From positions 32,001 through 96,000 of IMG/VR virus record IMGVR_UViG_3300030330_005834: a stretch of DNA of 64,000 nt; one strand, 5' to 3'. The DNA comes from a virus. Taxonomy: Duplodnaviria; Caudoviricetes. The notes under the pieces are model-generated. The model searched no databases. It saw nothing but the letters and a program-made list of their open reading frames with translations, and was not told where the DNA came from. Made by a program: the position numbers and the translations under genes. This document shows positions 19,110 through 28,697 of the stretch, in pieces; within the stretch, counting starts at the first letter, position 1; each line of letters starts with the position of its first letter.

Positions 19110-20101
19110 AAGTGGTAAAGAATTTAAATGGCAACTATAGTGACTGCATCGTAACTTATTTTAATTATGAGGATTACGCACACAAGTATAAGGACCAAGA
19201 AGATACGTGCCTATCTGTTGGATATCAGTGCCTGTGGAATGAAGAAGTTCACAATTATATTAAAGATTTTAAAAGAAGAATGTTTTTTAACGGCGAACAC
19301 CCCTGTTCATACACGCAGGATTTGAAGTTCGGCACAAGAACTTCGGGGGTTGATAACATTTTTACAGACATATACACCATATGCCCATACACGGCAGAAT
19401 GGCTAAACAACAAATACAATGATGGCAATAAAAGATTTAAACTTTGCCTATTTCCAATAGATAAGAAAAATGTGCTTCTGTATAATCCGGACGAAAAAAA
19501 ATATGATGCCATTTTCTACGGTTCTATCTGTGGAAAAACTCATGAAAGAATTGTACAGGAAATAAGCTCTTTTAATTATAATTTTGCGACTTATGGCGTA
19601 GGATATTGGCACCCAAACGAACAGGTAGATATTCACAGTCTGGCATCAAAAGTTACAAAAACAAATATTTCAACCAGTGAAAAGTGGGACATACTCAGTA
19701 AGACAAAAGTTGTTCCAATTGTAAATCACTTATTTTTACACGATAAGCATATCGAAAATATAAAAAATTATGACGGGTGGCAAGAAAATAAAGCATTTTC
19801 ACACATCGACCAGAAAATAGCTTGCCAACTAAAACCGAGAATTGTCGAGGCAGCATTTTTTAAAATGCTGATGTTAGTAAAAAAAGACCCTTGGAATGCG
19901 ATAGAATATTTCTATGAGCCGGAAAAAGAATTCTTGTATTACGAGGATGAAAGTGAGCTTCCCGATATGATTAATGAAATAACAAACAATTGGGGAAAAT
20001 ATAAATTTATTGTTGACAATGCTTATCAAAGAGCAATAAACAATTACACAACTGAGGCAGTATTGGATACCATGATGAACAACGGAGAGGTTAAAAGATG
20101 A
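19106..20101 (+). CDS. Putative GT-B glycosyltransferase (Glyco_trans_1_2-like C-terminus)
   Basis: KYDAIFYGS, KPRIVEAA, YFYEPEKEFLYY, IVDNAYQRA..NYT. Confidence 0.55.
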   Translation: MKVVKNLNGNYSDCIVTYFNYEDYAHKYKDQEDTCLSVGYQCLWNEEVHNYIKDFKRRMFFNGEHPCSYTQDLKFGTRTSGVDNIFTDIYTICPYTAEWLNNKYNDGNKRFKLCLFPIDKKNVLLYNPDEKKYDAIFYGSICGKTHERIVQEISSFNYNFATYGVGYWHPNEQVDIHSLASKVTKTNISTSEKWDILSKTKVVPIVNHLFLHDKHIENIKNYDGWQENKAFSHIDQKIACQLKPRIVEAAFFKMLMLVKKDPWNAIEYFYEPEKEFLYYEDESELPDMINEITNNWGKYKFIVDNAYQRAINNYTTEAVLDTMMNNGEVKR

Positions 20102-21033
20102 GTTTTTGGAAAGATAAAAAAGTTTTAGTTACAGGCGCTCATGGCTTTGTAGGAAACAACTTGATGAAATTATTGGAAAATAAGCAATGTGAGGTTCTGG
20201 CTCCAACTAGCAAAGAGCTAGACTTAACAAATGAGGAACAAGTTAAGAACTATTTCTTCACAGAAAAGCCAAACATTGTCCTACATCTCGCAGGGAAAGT
20301 CGGCGGCATCGCTGCTAATAAAGCTGCCCCCGGAGAGTTTTTCTACAAAAATATTACCATGGGAACACTTGTTATGGAATATGCAAGACAATCCGGGTGT
20401 GAAAAAGTCGTAGCTTTGGCTGCCGGGTGTGGATATCCTAAGCATCTACCAGTACCATACACAGAAGAGGATTTCTGGAAAGACCTGCCAGATGAAAATT
20501 CAATCGGATATTCAATGGCGAAAAAAAACCTAATCATTCAATCTTGGACATATAGAGAACAATACGGATTTAATTCTGTAATACTACTCCCAGCTAACTT
20601 GTATGGTCCGCACGATAATTTTGACTTGGAAACTTCTCACGTCGTACCAGCCTTGATTAGAAAATTTCTTGAAGCCAAACAAAAAGGGTTATCCAAAGTC
20701 GAAGTGTGGGGAACCGGCGTTGCATCTAGAGAATTTTTGTATTCTGTTGACACAGCCCAAGCAATCTTAGATATGGCAGAGCATGTAAACGAAAGTGGTC
20801 CTTTTAATCTTGGAACTGGCGTGGAAACCACAATCAAAGAATTAGTCGAAACAATAGCAGATTTAACCGACTTTGACGGAGATGTGGTCTGGGACACCTC
20901 TAGACCAGACGGTCAGCCAAGAAGATTCTACGACATGTCTAAATTCGAAAACGCTCTTGGGTATGTTCCTTCCACTTCTCTTCATGACGGATTGGATAAG
21001 ACAATAAGGTGGTACAGCAACAATGCATCCTGA
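20098..21033 (+). CDS. fcl: GDP-L-fucose synthase-like epimerase/reductase
   Basis: VTGAHGFVG, HLAGKVGGI.AN, YSMAK (YxxxK), NLYGPHDNF....SHVVPALIRKF, WGTG...REFLY, PDGQPRR. Confidence 0.9.
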   Translation: MSFWKDKKVLVTGAHGFVGNNLMKLLENKQCEVLAPTSKELDLTNEEQVKNYFFTEKPNIVLHLAGKVGGIAANKAAPGEFFYKNITMGTLVMEYARQSGCEKVVALAAGCGYPKHLPVPYTEEDFWKDLPDENSIGYSMAKKNLIIQSWTYREQYGFNSVILLPANLYGPHDNFDLETSHVVPALIRKFLEAKQKGLSKVEVWGTGVASREFLYSVDTAQAILDMAEHVNESGPFNLGTGVETTIKELVETIADLTDFDGDVVWDTSRPDGQPRRFYDMSKFENALGYVPSTSLHDGLDKTIRWYSNNAS

Positions 21034-21895
21034 ATTATTGGAATACATCCACACTCTAAACGCCCTCTCTAAAGAGGAAAAATATGACATGATAGGCTTT
21101 TCAGAGTTGCTTGATGATAGCGAGACTATAAAGGTGCCTGAAAATATAAAACATATAAAAATTGATATTGGTCTTTCAACGTCCGCCCCAAATTCCGCCT
21201 TGTGGCTTTGTGAAACAGATGACAGAATGGTGTTTGGATTTGAGCCAAACGAGCTGTGTCTAACGGCTCTGCGGGAAGGGGTCTATGGAAGAGAGCGGAT
21301 GATAAATGGTCAATTATATAGTTTTAACGAAGATCAAGCCGCTATATGTATTAACGAAGGCGTAATATACAAACATAATAAAATTATAGAGTCGAACATA
21401 AATTACAGGTTTAAGGCAATACAATGTGCTTTGGATAATGTTGGAAAAGATAACTTACATTTTGTTCCATTTTTTATAACCCCCGGCGACCCCGGATGTT
21501 CTAGCTTAAGCATGCCAACAGAAAGCCTACCGGATGAAGTCAAGCACGGAGAATTCGGGATGCGTATTGGTCCAGCCGCTGTTATGAGTTTTTATGATTT
21601 TTTAGAAAAAATACCTTGGGATAGATTTGAATTTATTGAACAAGTAAAAATAGATACGCAGGGTCGAGATCTAGACATATTAAAAAGTTGCGAAGAGTAT
21701 CTACAAAAAATAGTGTTTTTACAAGTAGAGAACTCAACAAGCGGAGAATATCAAGATTCACACACCAGAGAGGAGATTCATCAATTCTTAGTTGATAACA
21801 ACTTTATACACATTTCCACTATTGACGTGGACTCAAGTTATATTAATAAAAAATATGCTCATCTAATAGATGATTTACACAGTTCGGTGGTATAA
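21023..21895 (+). CDS. FkbM-like methyltransferase (divergent)
   Basis: IKIDIG, FGFEPN, VKIDTQGRDLDIL, LQVE. Confidence 0.7.
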   Translation: MHPELLEYIHTLNALSKEEKYDMIGFSELLDDSETIKVPENIKHIKIDIGLSTSAPNSALWLCETDDRMVFGFEPNELCLTALREGVYGRERMINGQLYSFNEDQAAICINEGVIYKHNKIIESNINYRFKAIQCALDNVGKDNLHFVPFFITPGDPGCSSLSMPTESLPDEVKHGEFGMRIGPAAVMSFYDFLEKIPWDRFEFIEQVKIDTQGRDLDILKSCEEYLQKIVFLQVENSTSGEYQDSHTREEIHQFLVDNNFIHISTIDVDSSYINKKYAHLIDDLHSSVV

Positions 21896-22884
21896 TGAGT
21901 TTTTGGAAAGACAAAAAAGTTATGGTTACAGGAGGCGCAGGATTGATTGGCTCCGCTCTTTCTGCCAATTTAATTAAATGTGGATCAAAAGTTACAATTG
22001 TTGATAATTTTGAAAGAGGCAAATTTGACTATATAGTCGATATTATGGATGATTGTATTGTTAAGAACGCTGATTTAAGAGAGGCAAGATTTTGTGATCT
22101 CCATATAAAAGATTATGATATTGTTATCCATATGGCTTCCAAAGTGGGAGGGATTGGGTATTACACTTCTCGACCATATGAGGTTATGAGCGAAAATTTA
22201 AAAATGGATTCCAACGTCCTATCGGCGTGTGTAAAAAACAAAATCCCAATGTTTTTTTATGCTAGCAGTGCTCATGTATATCCAAAAGAATTACAAGGAA
22301 CACCAGATTCACCTCTTATCAGGGAGGAACAAGCAGAGCCTGCTAATCCGGAATTATCTTATGGGTGGGCTAAGTTAATCACAGAAAAACAAATTGAAGC
22401 AGCGGTCCAACAAAGTACAAGTTTTAAAGCAGCGATTGCGCGATATATTGGAATCTATGGTAAGAATCAAGACTTTAAATTAGATACAGGGTCAGTAATC
22501 CCAGTTTTTTGTAACCGAGCAATAAGTCATCCAAATGTAGAATTTAATGTTTGGGGCAATGGAAAAGAGACTCGCTCTTATTGTTTTATAGAGGACGCTA
22601 TTGAGGGCACCAAAGCAATGATTGAGGCAATGGATTCCAAAAACATGGTCGGACCATATAATCTTGGCAAACAAGAAAGGGTCTCAATCGGAGAAATAGC
22701 GGAAAAAGTTATTGCAATTTCTGATAAAAACATTATAATAAACTTTGACACATCTAAAGAAACCCTTATTTGGGGACAGTGGTGTGATTGTAGTAAAATT
22801 AAAAATGATTTAGGCTGGGAAGCTACAACCAGCTTAGAAGAAGGATTAAAGGTGGTGTACGAAGATGTCAAATCAAGAATCTAG
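21895..22884 (+). CDS. NAD-dependent nucleotide-sugar epimerase (GDP-mannose 3,5-epimerase-like)
   Basis: TGGAGLIG, HMASKVGGIG, ASSAHVYP, YGWAK, WGNGKETRSY. Confidence 0.85.
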   Translation: MSFWKDKKVMVTGGAGLIGSALSANLIKCGSKVTIVDNFERGKFDYIVDIMDDCIVKNADLREARFCDLHIKDYDIVIHMASKVGGIGYYTSRPYEVMSENLKMDSNVLSACVKNKIPMFFYASSAHVYPKELQGTPDSPLIREEQAEPANPELSYGWAKLITEKQIEAAVQQSTSFKAAIARYIGIYGKNQDFKLDTGSVIPVFCNRAISHPNVEFNVWGNGKETRSYCFIEDAIEGTKAMIEAMDSKNMVGPYNLGKQERVSIGEIAEKVIAISDKNIIINFDTSKETLIWGQWCDCSKIKNDLGWEATTSLEEGLKVVYEDVKSRI

Positions 22885-23278
22885 AAAATATTTACCAACC
22901 CTTTCAGAGCTAATTGACCGACTTTCAATTTCTCAATTAAAAGAGGTTTTTATTACAGACCATAAAGATGAATATTCTCAAGAAATTGCGGACATAGTAC
23001 ATGATATTCAGCTTTGCTTGGACCAGCAAGACGGCAAGGTTACGGCTGAGACAATAAGAGCTATCGTGGTCTTATCTCAAATGAATTTACATATCTGGCA
23101 CAATGAGTCAAATTATCGCAAGGGAATTAAAGATGGTAACAATTTAGAATTAACTCACGGACTCAATGGAATTAGAAATACGGCTAAAAATAAAATCCAA
23201 GAAATTGTAGGCGGGAGAAAAGATTATAAAATTGACTGCCTCGCCGCAGATTTTAAAGATTGGGAGATTAGCTGGTAA
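22865..23278 (+). CDS. Helical hypothetical protein (ELIDRLSI..LK, DUF4254/DUF6165-like)
   Basis: N-terminal motif similarity only. Confidence 0.4.
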   Translation: MSNQESRKYLPTLSELIDRLSISQLKEVFITDHKDEYSQEIADIVHDIQLCLDQQDGKVTAETIRAIVVLSQMNLHIWHNESNYRKGIKDGNNLELTHGLNGIRNTAKNKIQEIVGGRKDYKIDCLAADFKDWEISW

Positions 23279-24030
23279 TGAGAGTCTTGGTCGTCGGCGA
23301 TGCTTGCGAAGATGTATATGTTTACGGACACTGTAAGAGGTTAGCACCCGAAGCACCAGTTCCGGTGTTTGTTAAGGATAAAGAAAAGCGAAACGGCGGC
23401 ATGGCTTTAAATGTCTACGAGAATTTGAAATCACTAGGCGTTGAATGTGATATCTTACACAATGAAAAGCACATAGAAAAGACAAGATATGTGGAAGAAA
23501 AAACAAATCATATATTTATAAGAATTGATTCTGATGAATCAAATATCAAAAGAATTAACAAAAAATATTTGACAAAAAAATATCTTTCACAATATGACGC
23601 GGTTGTAATATCTGATTATAATAAAGGTTTTTTATCTGAAGAAGATATTGAAACAATATGCTATAGGCACCCCCTTACGTTTATGGACACAAAAAAATCT
23701 TTGGGTCGTTGGTGCAAAGACTGCAAGTGGATAAAAATAAACGAAATAGAATTTGAAAAAACTAGCTCAAATCTATTTGGTTTGGAGCACATATTTGAGG
23801 AAAAGTTAATTGTCACCCTCGGAGATAAAGGCTGTTCTTATAACGGCAAAACATACGAGGTCCAGAAAGTGGAAATAAAAGATCTGTGTGGAGCAGGAGA
23901 CACCTTTTTGTCAGGCTTTGTAACAAGGTATTTACAATCAAAAGATGTTGATGAAGCATTAAAATTTGCCAATGAATGTGCTACAATAGTAGTACAGCAG
24001 AAAGGGGTTAATGTTATCAATGGAATTTAA
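23278..24030 (+). CDS. PfkB/ribokinase-family sugar kinase, HldE(RfaE) kinase domain-like
   Basis: VLVVGD...D.Y.YG...RLAPEAPVPV, GGMA.NV, SDYNKG, KINE.E, DLCGAGDTF. Confidence 0.88.
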   Translation: MRVLVVGDACEDVYVYGHCKRLAPEAPVPVFVKDKEKRNGGMALNVYENLKSLGVECDILHNEKHIEKTRYVEEKTNHIFIRIDSDESNIKRINKKYLTKKYLSQYDAVVISDYNKGFLSEEDIETICYRHPLTFMDTKKSLGRWCKDCKWIKINEIEFEKTSSNLFGLEHIFEEKLIVTLGDKGCSYNGKTYEVQKVEIKDLCGAGDTFLSGFVTRYLQSKDVDEALKFANECATIVVQQKGVNVINGI

Positions 24031-24310
24031 AGAGTACTATGAATATTATTTGACATTACATCAAAATAAGTGGTGTCGAAGACTCCACGCTCTTGGGCAA
24101 ATAACAACAATTTCCTTTGTAGCTTTTTGTTTGTTTAATTCTTTCTTTCTTGCGTTGCTGGCTACCCCTTTCATTATTTATCCGTTTGCGTGGTCCGGTC
24201 ACTTCTTTTTTGAAAAGAATAAGCCAGCAGCTTGGTCCAATCCTGTGTGGGCAAAAGCTTGTGACTGGGTAATGCTCAAGGATATGATCACAGGGAGGAT
24301 AAAATTTTAA
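24020..24310 (+). CDS. DUF962/Mpo1-like membrane protein
   Basis: YYLTLHQNKWCRRLH..G, two hydrophobic segments, AWSGHFFFEKNKPA...P. Confidence 0.75.
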   Translation: MEFKEYYEYYLTLHQNKWCRRLHALGQITTISFVAFCLFNSFFLALLATPFIIYPFAWSGHFFFEKNKPAAWSNPVWAKACDWVMLKDMITGRIKF

Positions 24311-25237
24311 ATGAAAATATTAATAACAGGCGGAGCAGGTTACATAGGTAGTGAGCTAGTTTCTTATTTAATTGATAAACATCAGGTTTATGTGGTCGAT
24401 AGTTTACTATATGATAAAACATCTCTTTTGAGATATGTGAATCATCCAAATTTTCACTTTGAAAAAGCAGATGTAAGAGATCATTCTGTTTTGGAAAGAT
24501 ATACAAAAGAGTGTGACGTAATCATTCCACTCGCCGCTTTGGTTGGATTTCCTCTCTGCGACAAGCGACCACAAGAAGCTATTGATGTGAATTACGGGGC
24601 TTGCGAATGGATCGCAAAAAACAAATCTAAAGATCAAATTGTAGTGTATCCTTGTACCAACTCCGGCTACGGAACGAGTGAGAATGGTAAAATTATTACA
24701 GAAGAAGACCCTTTGAATCCCATTTCGTTGTATGGAAAAACAAAAGTAGATGCCGAAGCAATTTTTAGAGAAACAGAAAATTGTACAACTTTTAGGCTAG
24801 CAACAGTGTTTGGTCCATCAACAAGAGCCAGAAGTGATTTGTTGGTAAACAATTTTGTCTTGAAGGCGATTAGAGATAGGGTATTGGTTCTATACGAATG
24901 CGAATTCATGAGAAATTACGTTCATATTTGGGATGTATGTAAAGCCTTCACTCAGGTTATTGAAAACTGGGACACATTCAAGAACGACACTTACAATGTC
25001 GGAAACGATGCCATCAATATGAATAAGCTTCAACTAGCTGAAACCATCAAGAAACACACCCCTCTAGAGATTATCAAGGCGGAGTTCACTTCAGATCCAG
25101 ACAAACGAGATTACATCGTAAGTAGCCAAAAAATTTATGACAAAGGCTATTCTTGCGATTATGATTTGGATGACGGAATTAAGCAGATGATTAAAGTATA
25201 CAACTTAATTGATGAGCCTTGGTATGCAAACTACTAA
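24311..25237 (+). CDS. NAD-dependent epimerase/dehydratase (SDR)
   Basis: ITGGAGYIG, LAALVG.P.C, YGKTK, RLATVFG, DKRDY. Confidence 0.88.
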   Translation: MKILITGGAGYIGSELVSYLIDKHQVYVVDSLLYDKTSLLRYVNHPNFHFEKADVRDHSVLERYTKECDVIIPLAALVGFPLCDKRPQEAIDVNYGACEWIAKNKSKDQIVVYPCTNSGYGTSENGKIITEEDPLNPISLYGKTKVDAEAIFRETENCTTFRLATVFGPSTRARSDLLVNNFVLKAIRDRVLVLYECEFMRNYVHIWDVCKAFTQVIENWDTFKNDTYNVGNDAINMNKLQLAETIKKHTPLEIIKAEFTSDPDKRDYIVSSQKIYDKGYSCDYDLDDGIKQMIKVYNLIDEPWYANY

Positions 25238-25628
25238 CATCTGGGTAAATGGATGCTTTGATATATTACATCGCGGTCATATAGAACTTTTAAAATTTGC
25301 TAAATCTCAAGGAGATACTCTAACCATCGGCATTGACACCGATGAGAGAGTGAAGAGTTCAAAAGGTCCCACCAGACCTTTTAATAGCACTGAAGACCGA
25401 AAAGCTTTCTTGGAAGCAATTAGATATGTTGACAAGGTGGTAACCTATGGATCTGACGAAGAGTTGGAAAAACAATTAGTAGAGAATAAAATAGATGTAA
25501 TGATTATTGGTTCAGATTGGAGAGGGAAAAGAGTTGTGGGAGAAAAACTAGTGAAAAAATTAGTTTTTTTTGATAGAATAGGAGAATACTCAACAACGAG
25601 AATTTTAGAAAATGAGATACGTATTTGA
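25224..25628 (+). CDS. HldE(RfaE)-type sugar-1-phosphate nucleotidyltransferase
   Basis: NGCFDILHRGH, KG.TRP.N, GSDW, YSTTRI. Confidence 0.88.
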   Translation: MQTTNIWVNGCFDILHRGHIELLKFAKSQGDTLTIGIDTDERVKSSKGPTRPFNSTEDRKAFLEAIRYVDKVVTYGSDEELEKQLVENKIDVMIIGSDWRGKRVVGEKLVKKLVFFDRIGEYSTTRILENEIRI

Positions 25629-25947
25629 CATTGACGGCACAATTTGTGACAAAAAGAAAAACGACGATTACGATAAAGCGTATCCGTTTTTGGAAAGAAT
25701 AAGAAAAATTAACAAGCTTTACGATGAGGGGCATTATATAGTGTTTTTTACCGCGAGAGGCATGGGCAGGCACAATAACAACGCAGCCTTAGCCATACGT
25801 GATTTCTATTCTTTAACCGAAAAACAACTCCAAGATTGGGGCGCTAAACACCACCAGTTAATTCTTGGTAAGCCCAGTGGAGATTTATACATAGACGATA
25901 AGGGGATTAAAGATGGAGAATTCTTTGCCAATGAACTTCGTTCCTAA
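25612..25947 (+). CDS. HAD-family phosphatase (capsule-biosynthesis phosphatase type)
   Basis: FDIDGTI, FTARG, GKP.GD.YIDDK. Confidence 0.85.
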   Translation: MRYVFDIDGTICDKKKNDDYDKAYPFLERIRKINKLYDEGHYIVFFTARGMGRHNNNAALAIRDFYSLTEKQLQDWGAKHHQLILGKPSGDLYIDDKGIKDGEFFANELRS

Positions 25948-26272
25948 AGGGTGGGGTTTTGAAAAGTGGATTGTAAATAATGAAGAATACTGCGGAAAAC
26001 TGCTTTATTTTGTAAAAGGAAAGCGATGTTCTTGGCATTATCACGAATTGAAAGACGAAGTGTTCTATATTCAGTCTGGTAAAATTCTTGTTAAATATTC
26101 TGATGGAGATGATCTATCAAAAGCACAAGAAAGAATACTTTCTAGGGGAGATAATTTTCACGTTTATCGTGGGTTAAGGCACCAAATGATCGCTTTGGAA
26201 GATACAGAACTATTTGAATTTTCAACACAACATTTCGACAGCGATAGCTATAGATTAATCAAGGGAGATTAA
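25931..26272 (+). CDS. Cupin-fold sugar isomerase/epimerase
   Basis: KGWG.E.W, SWHYH..KDE.FY, RH.M.A...E.ST.H...DSYR. Confidence 0.78.
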   Translation: MNFVPKGWGFEKWIVNNEEYCGKLLYFVKGKRCSWHYHELKDEVFYIQSGKILVKYSDGDDLSKAQERILSRGDNFHVYRGLRHQMIALEDTELFEFSTQHFDSDSYRLIKGD

Positions 26273-27229
26273 ATGAAATTGGTTGTAATCACGGGTTGTT
26301 TGGGGTTTATTGGGTCCCATGTAACAAGAAAATGCCTTGAGCTGGGGTGGAAGGTCTATGGGGTTGACAACATGACATATGCTTCCAATCCTGACCTAAT
26401 CGATGATTTTCTCTACGAATATCCTGATAACTTTACCTATGTCAACGAAGATATTGCTGATTTAGATTATCTTCCTGACTGTGATTATGTGATAAATACT
26501 GCTGCGGAAACTCACGTAGGAAACAGCATTATTGATAGTGAAAACTTTCTTAAATCCAATATTAATGGTGTGCAAAATCTGTTAGATTTAATTAAAAACA
26601 AACCAAACAATGTTGATAGAAGACCTATCTTGTTTCATTTTTCCACGGATGAAGTGTATGGAGATATTGTAGGCGGAGAGCACACAGAAAGCGATCATTT
26701 AAATCCCAGTAACCCATACTCTGCTTCCAAGGCTGCAGCCGATATGTTGATCAAGGCATGGGCAAGAACATATGGTGTGGAGTATATTATCTTCCGACCA
26801 ACAAACAACTACGGAGAATATCAATATCCAGAGAAACTTATCCCACTTTCAGTCAAACTTTTACAACGAGGTAAGAAGATTAGACTTCACGACGAAGGAA
26901 AGCCGATTAGGAACTGGCTACATGCTGAAGATACGGCAAGTGCGGTTATAAGTATCATAAATAGTGGAAAAACTAATGAAATTTATAACATTGCTGGTGG
27001 TTTTGAGCAGGAAAATAGAGAGACAGTAAGGAAAATAATCAAGGCTTACCACGGAACAGACGAGAGTTGGGAACAATACGTTGATTTGGGCTACAAAAGG
27101 CTTGGGCAAGACGTAAGATATGCTCTAAACGACGATAAATTACGTGCGTTAGGGTGGAAACCACAAAAAGTATTTAACGAAGAGATAGAAAAAGTGGTAC
27201 AATTTTATATTGATAACTTTAAATGGTAG
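26273..27229 (+). CDS. rmlB: dTDP-glucose 4,6-dehydratase-like
   Basis: TGCLGFIG, D.MTYA, AAETHV, STDEVYG, PYSASKAA, NNYG..QYPEKLIP, RNWLH..D, R.GQDVRYA. Confidence 0.88.
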   Translation: MKLVVITGCLGFIGSHVTRKCLELGWKVYGVDNMTYASNPDLIDDFLYEYPDNFTYVNEDIADLDYLPDCDYVINTAAETHVGNSIIDSENFLKSNINGVQNLLDLIKNKPNNVDRRPILFHFSTDEVYGDIVGGEHTESDHLNPSNPYSASKAAADMLIKAWARTYGVEYIIFRPTNNYGEYQYPEKLIPLSVKLLQRGKKIRLHDEGKPIRNWLHAEDTASAVISIINSGKTNEIYNIAGGFEQENRETVRKIIKAYHGTDESWEQYVDLGYKRLGQDVRYALNDDKLRALGWKPQKVFNEEIEKVVQFYIDNFKW

Positions 27230-27236
27230 GAGAACT

Positions 27237-27437
27237 ATGAAACTTTCAAAACAAGCAATGGGCTCGCTAATGATGGCCCTACAAAAAAGCCTTATGGAAC
27301 AAAGCGACATCACAGAATCTTTGCAAAAAATGGATTTTGTAGCTGGAGTAGAAAAAGAAGGAGACGAGGCTGAACTTTACGTAAAAAACCCCCCTCTTGT
27401 GAAATTTGACAACGAAGACTTGGGGGAAGAGGCATAA
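27237..27437 (+). CDS. Small hypothetical protein
   Basis: ATG at 27237 after AGGAG; its TAATG stop is coupled to the next gene. Confidence 0.65.
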   Translation: MKLSKQAMGSLMMALQKSLMEQSDITESLQKMDFVAGVEKEGDEAELYVKNPPLVKFDNEDLGEEA

Positions 27438-27679
27438 TGCCAAATTACGTGTACGAATGCGATGAGTGCGGAGAGATAATTGAAGTATTTCATTCGATGT
27501 CCACCGAATTAAGCGACTGTGAAGCGTGTAAAAGTAAAAATACACTAAGAAAAATACCAGAAGTGCCAATATATGTAAAAAGCAAAAATGCTGGCAACGT
27601 TGTTAAGCAACATATTGAAAATGCAAAGCAGCAAGTTAAGGAAGAAAAAGAGCATATGAAAAAGGAATATTTAGATTGA
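27437..27679 (+). CDS. FmdB-family zinc-ribbon protein
   Basis: MPNYVYECDECG...CEAC....RK pattern. Confidence 0.82.
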   Translation: MPNYVYECDECGEIIEVFHSMSTELSDCEACKSKNTLRKIPEVPIYVKSKNAGNVVKQHIENAKQQVKEEKEHMKKEYLD

Positions 27680-27978
27680 TGTTTCTTAGTATTAGTTTAA
27701 TAGTGTCAGTGGGCATCAATGTGTTGTTGGTTTGGTATATAAGAAAAATGCTCTCCAAATTACTGTATGTTTCTGATAGTATTGGGGATTTACTAGTATC
27801 AGCAAAAAACTTTTCTAGTCATTTGGATGGACTACATGAGATGGAAACATATTACGGAGACGAAACCCTTGGTGGTTTGATTAGACATTCTAAACAAGTT
27901 ATAGAAGATATAAGAGAATTTGAAGATATATACACTCTAACAAACGATGGCTTGGAAGAAGATGAAGAACAAGAATAA
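27676..27978 (+). CDS. Small membrane-anchored hypothetical protein
   Basis: N-terminal hydrophobic helix, then a helical segment and an acidic tail. Confidence 0.6.
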   Translation: MMFLSISLIVSVGINVLLVWYIRKMLSKLLYVSDSIGDLLVSAKNFSSHLDGLHEMETYYGDETLGGLIRHSKQVIEDIREFEDIYTLTNDGLEEDEEQE

Positions 27979-28664
27979 TGCCAAAAAAAGCAAAAAAGAA
28001 AAATCTATATTTTACACAAGAGCATGAGGATGCAATAGTACAGTATGCGAGAACCAATGATATCAAGGTCAGAACAGAGCTTTATATAAAATGGATCGCC
28101 CCCGCCTTTAACGAGATGGTCGATAAGATCATTTACACCTATAAATTTACTAACCTACCTAATATAGAAGTTCTAAAAGACGAGTGTAAAATATGGCTCA
28201 CTACTATTTTGGATAAATATGATCCAAATAAGGGCTCCAAAGCGTTTTCATATTTTTCAGTAATCACCAAAAACTGGTTTATTCATAAAGTAAAAAAGAC
28301 AACACTGGAAAATAAAAGGGAGGTAAAGTTTGACCAAATTCCCAAGAATGTAGAAATAAGACAGTTTACAGTTGTAAATGAGTATGAATCTAATAGGATT
28401 GAAAAAGAATTCTGGATGGGCTTCTGGGAGGAGGTTAATTCTTGGGAAACATCCAACATGAAACCAAACGAAGAGAAGGTTTATGAGGCAATTAGACTAA
28501 TTTTCTCAAACCCAGATAGAATAGATATTTTCAACAAAAAGGCAATTTATTTTTATATTCGCGAAATCACAGGTCTTAATACTAAGCAGGTTGTAAACAA
28601 CTTAAATAAGATGCGTGTGAAGTATAGAGTATTTAAAAAGAAGTGGGACAAAGGTGAATTGTAA
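27978..28664 (+). CDS. Phage late-transcription sigma factor (T4 gp55-like)
   Basis: N-terminal NLYF...AI..Y; sigma region 2-like KYDPNKGSKAFSYFSVITKNWFI..VKK; lies directly before the virion module. Confidence 0.72.
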   Translation: MPKKAKKKNLYFTQEHEDAIVQYARTNDIKVRTELYIKWIAPAFNEMVDKIIYTYKFTNLPNIEVLKDECKIWLTTILDKYDPNKGSKAFSYFSVITKNWFIHKVKKTTLENKREVKFDQIPKNVEIRQFTVVNEYESNRIEKEFWMGFWEEVNSWETSNMKPNEEKVYEAIRLIFSNPDRIDIFNKKAIYFYIREITGLNTKQVVNNLNKMRVKYRVFKKKWDKGEL

Positions 28665-28682
28665 TACTTTTTTACTCTTCAA

Positions 28683-28689
28683 CTATTTA
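28683..28689 (+). promoter_or_regulatory. CTAnTTA putative late promoter (CTATTTA)
   Basis: 8 nt before ATG 28698; the motif recurs before structural genes. Confidence 0.6.
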
Positions 28690-28697
28690 TTTTTGTT

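Noticed and set aside
6032-27229. Bacterial chromosomal O-antigen/capsule locus
   Set aside because: No wzx, wzy, wzz, ABC exporter or initiating transferase; flanked by a phage sigma factor and baseplate genes, with no housekeeping genes.
6032-27229. DNA hypermodification (glycosylated base) system
   Set aside because: No hydroxymethylase, thymidylate-synthase-like or base-modifying kinase gene in the window, and restriction-site avoidance is strong. Disfavoured, but not excluded, since the 2OG-Fe(II) oxygenase substrate is unknown.
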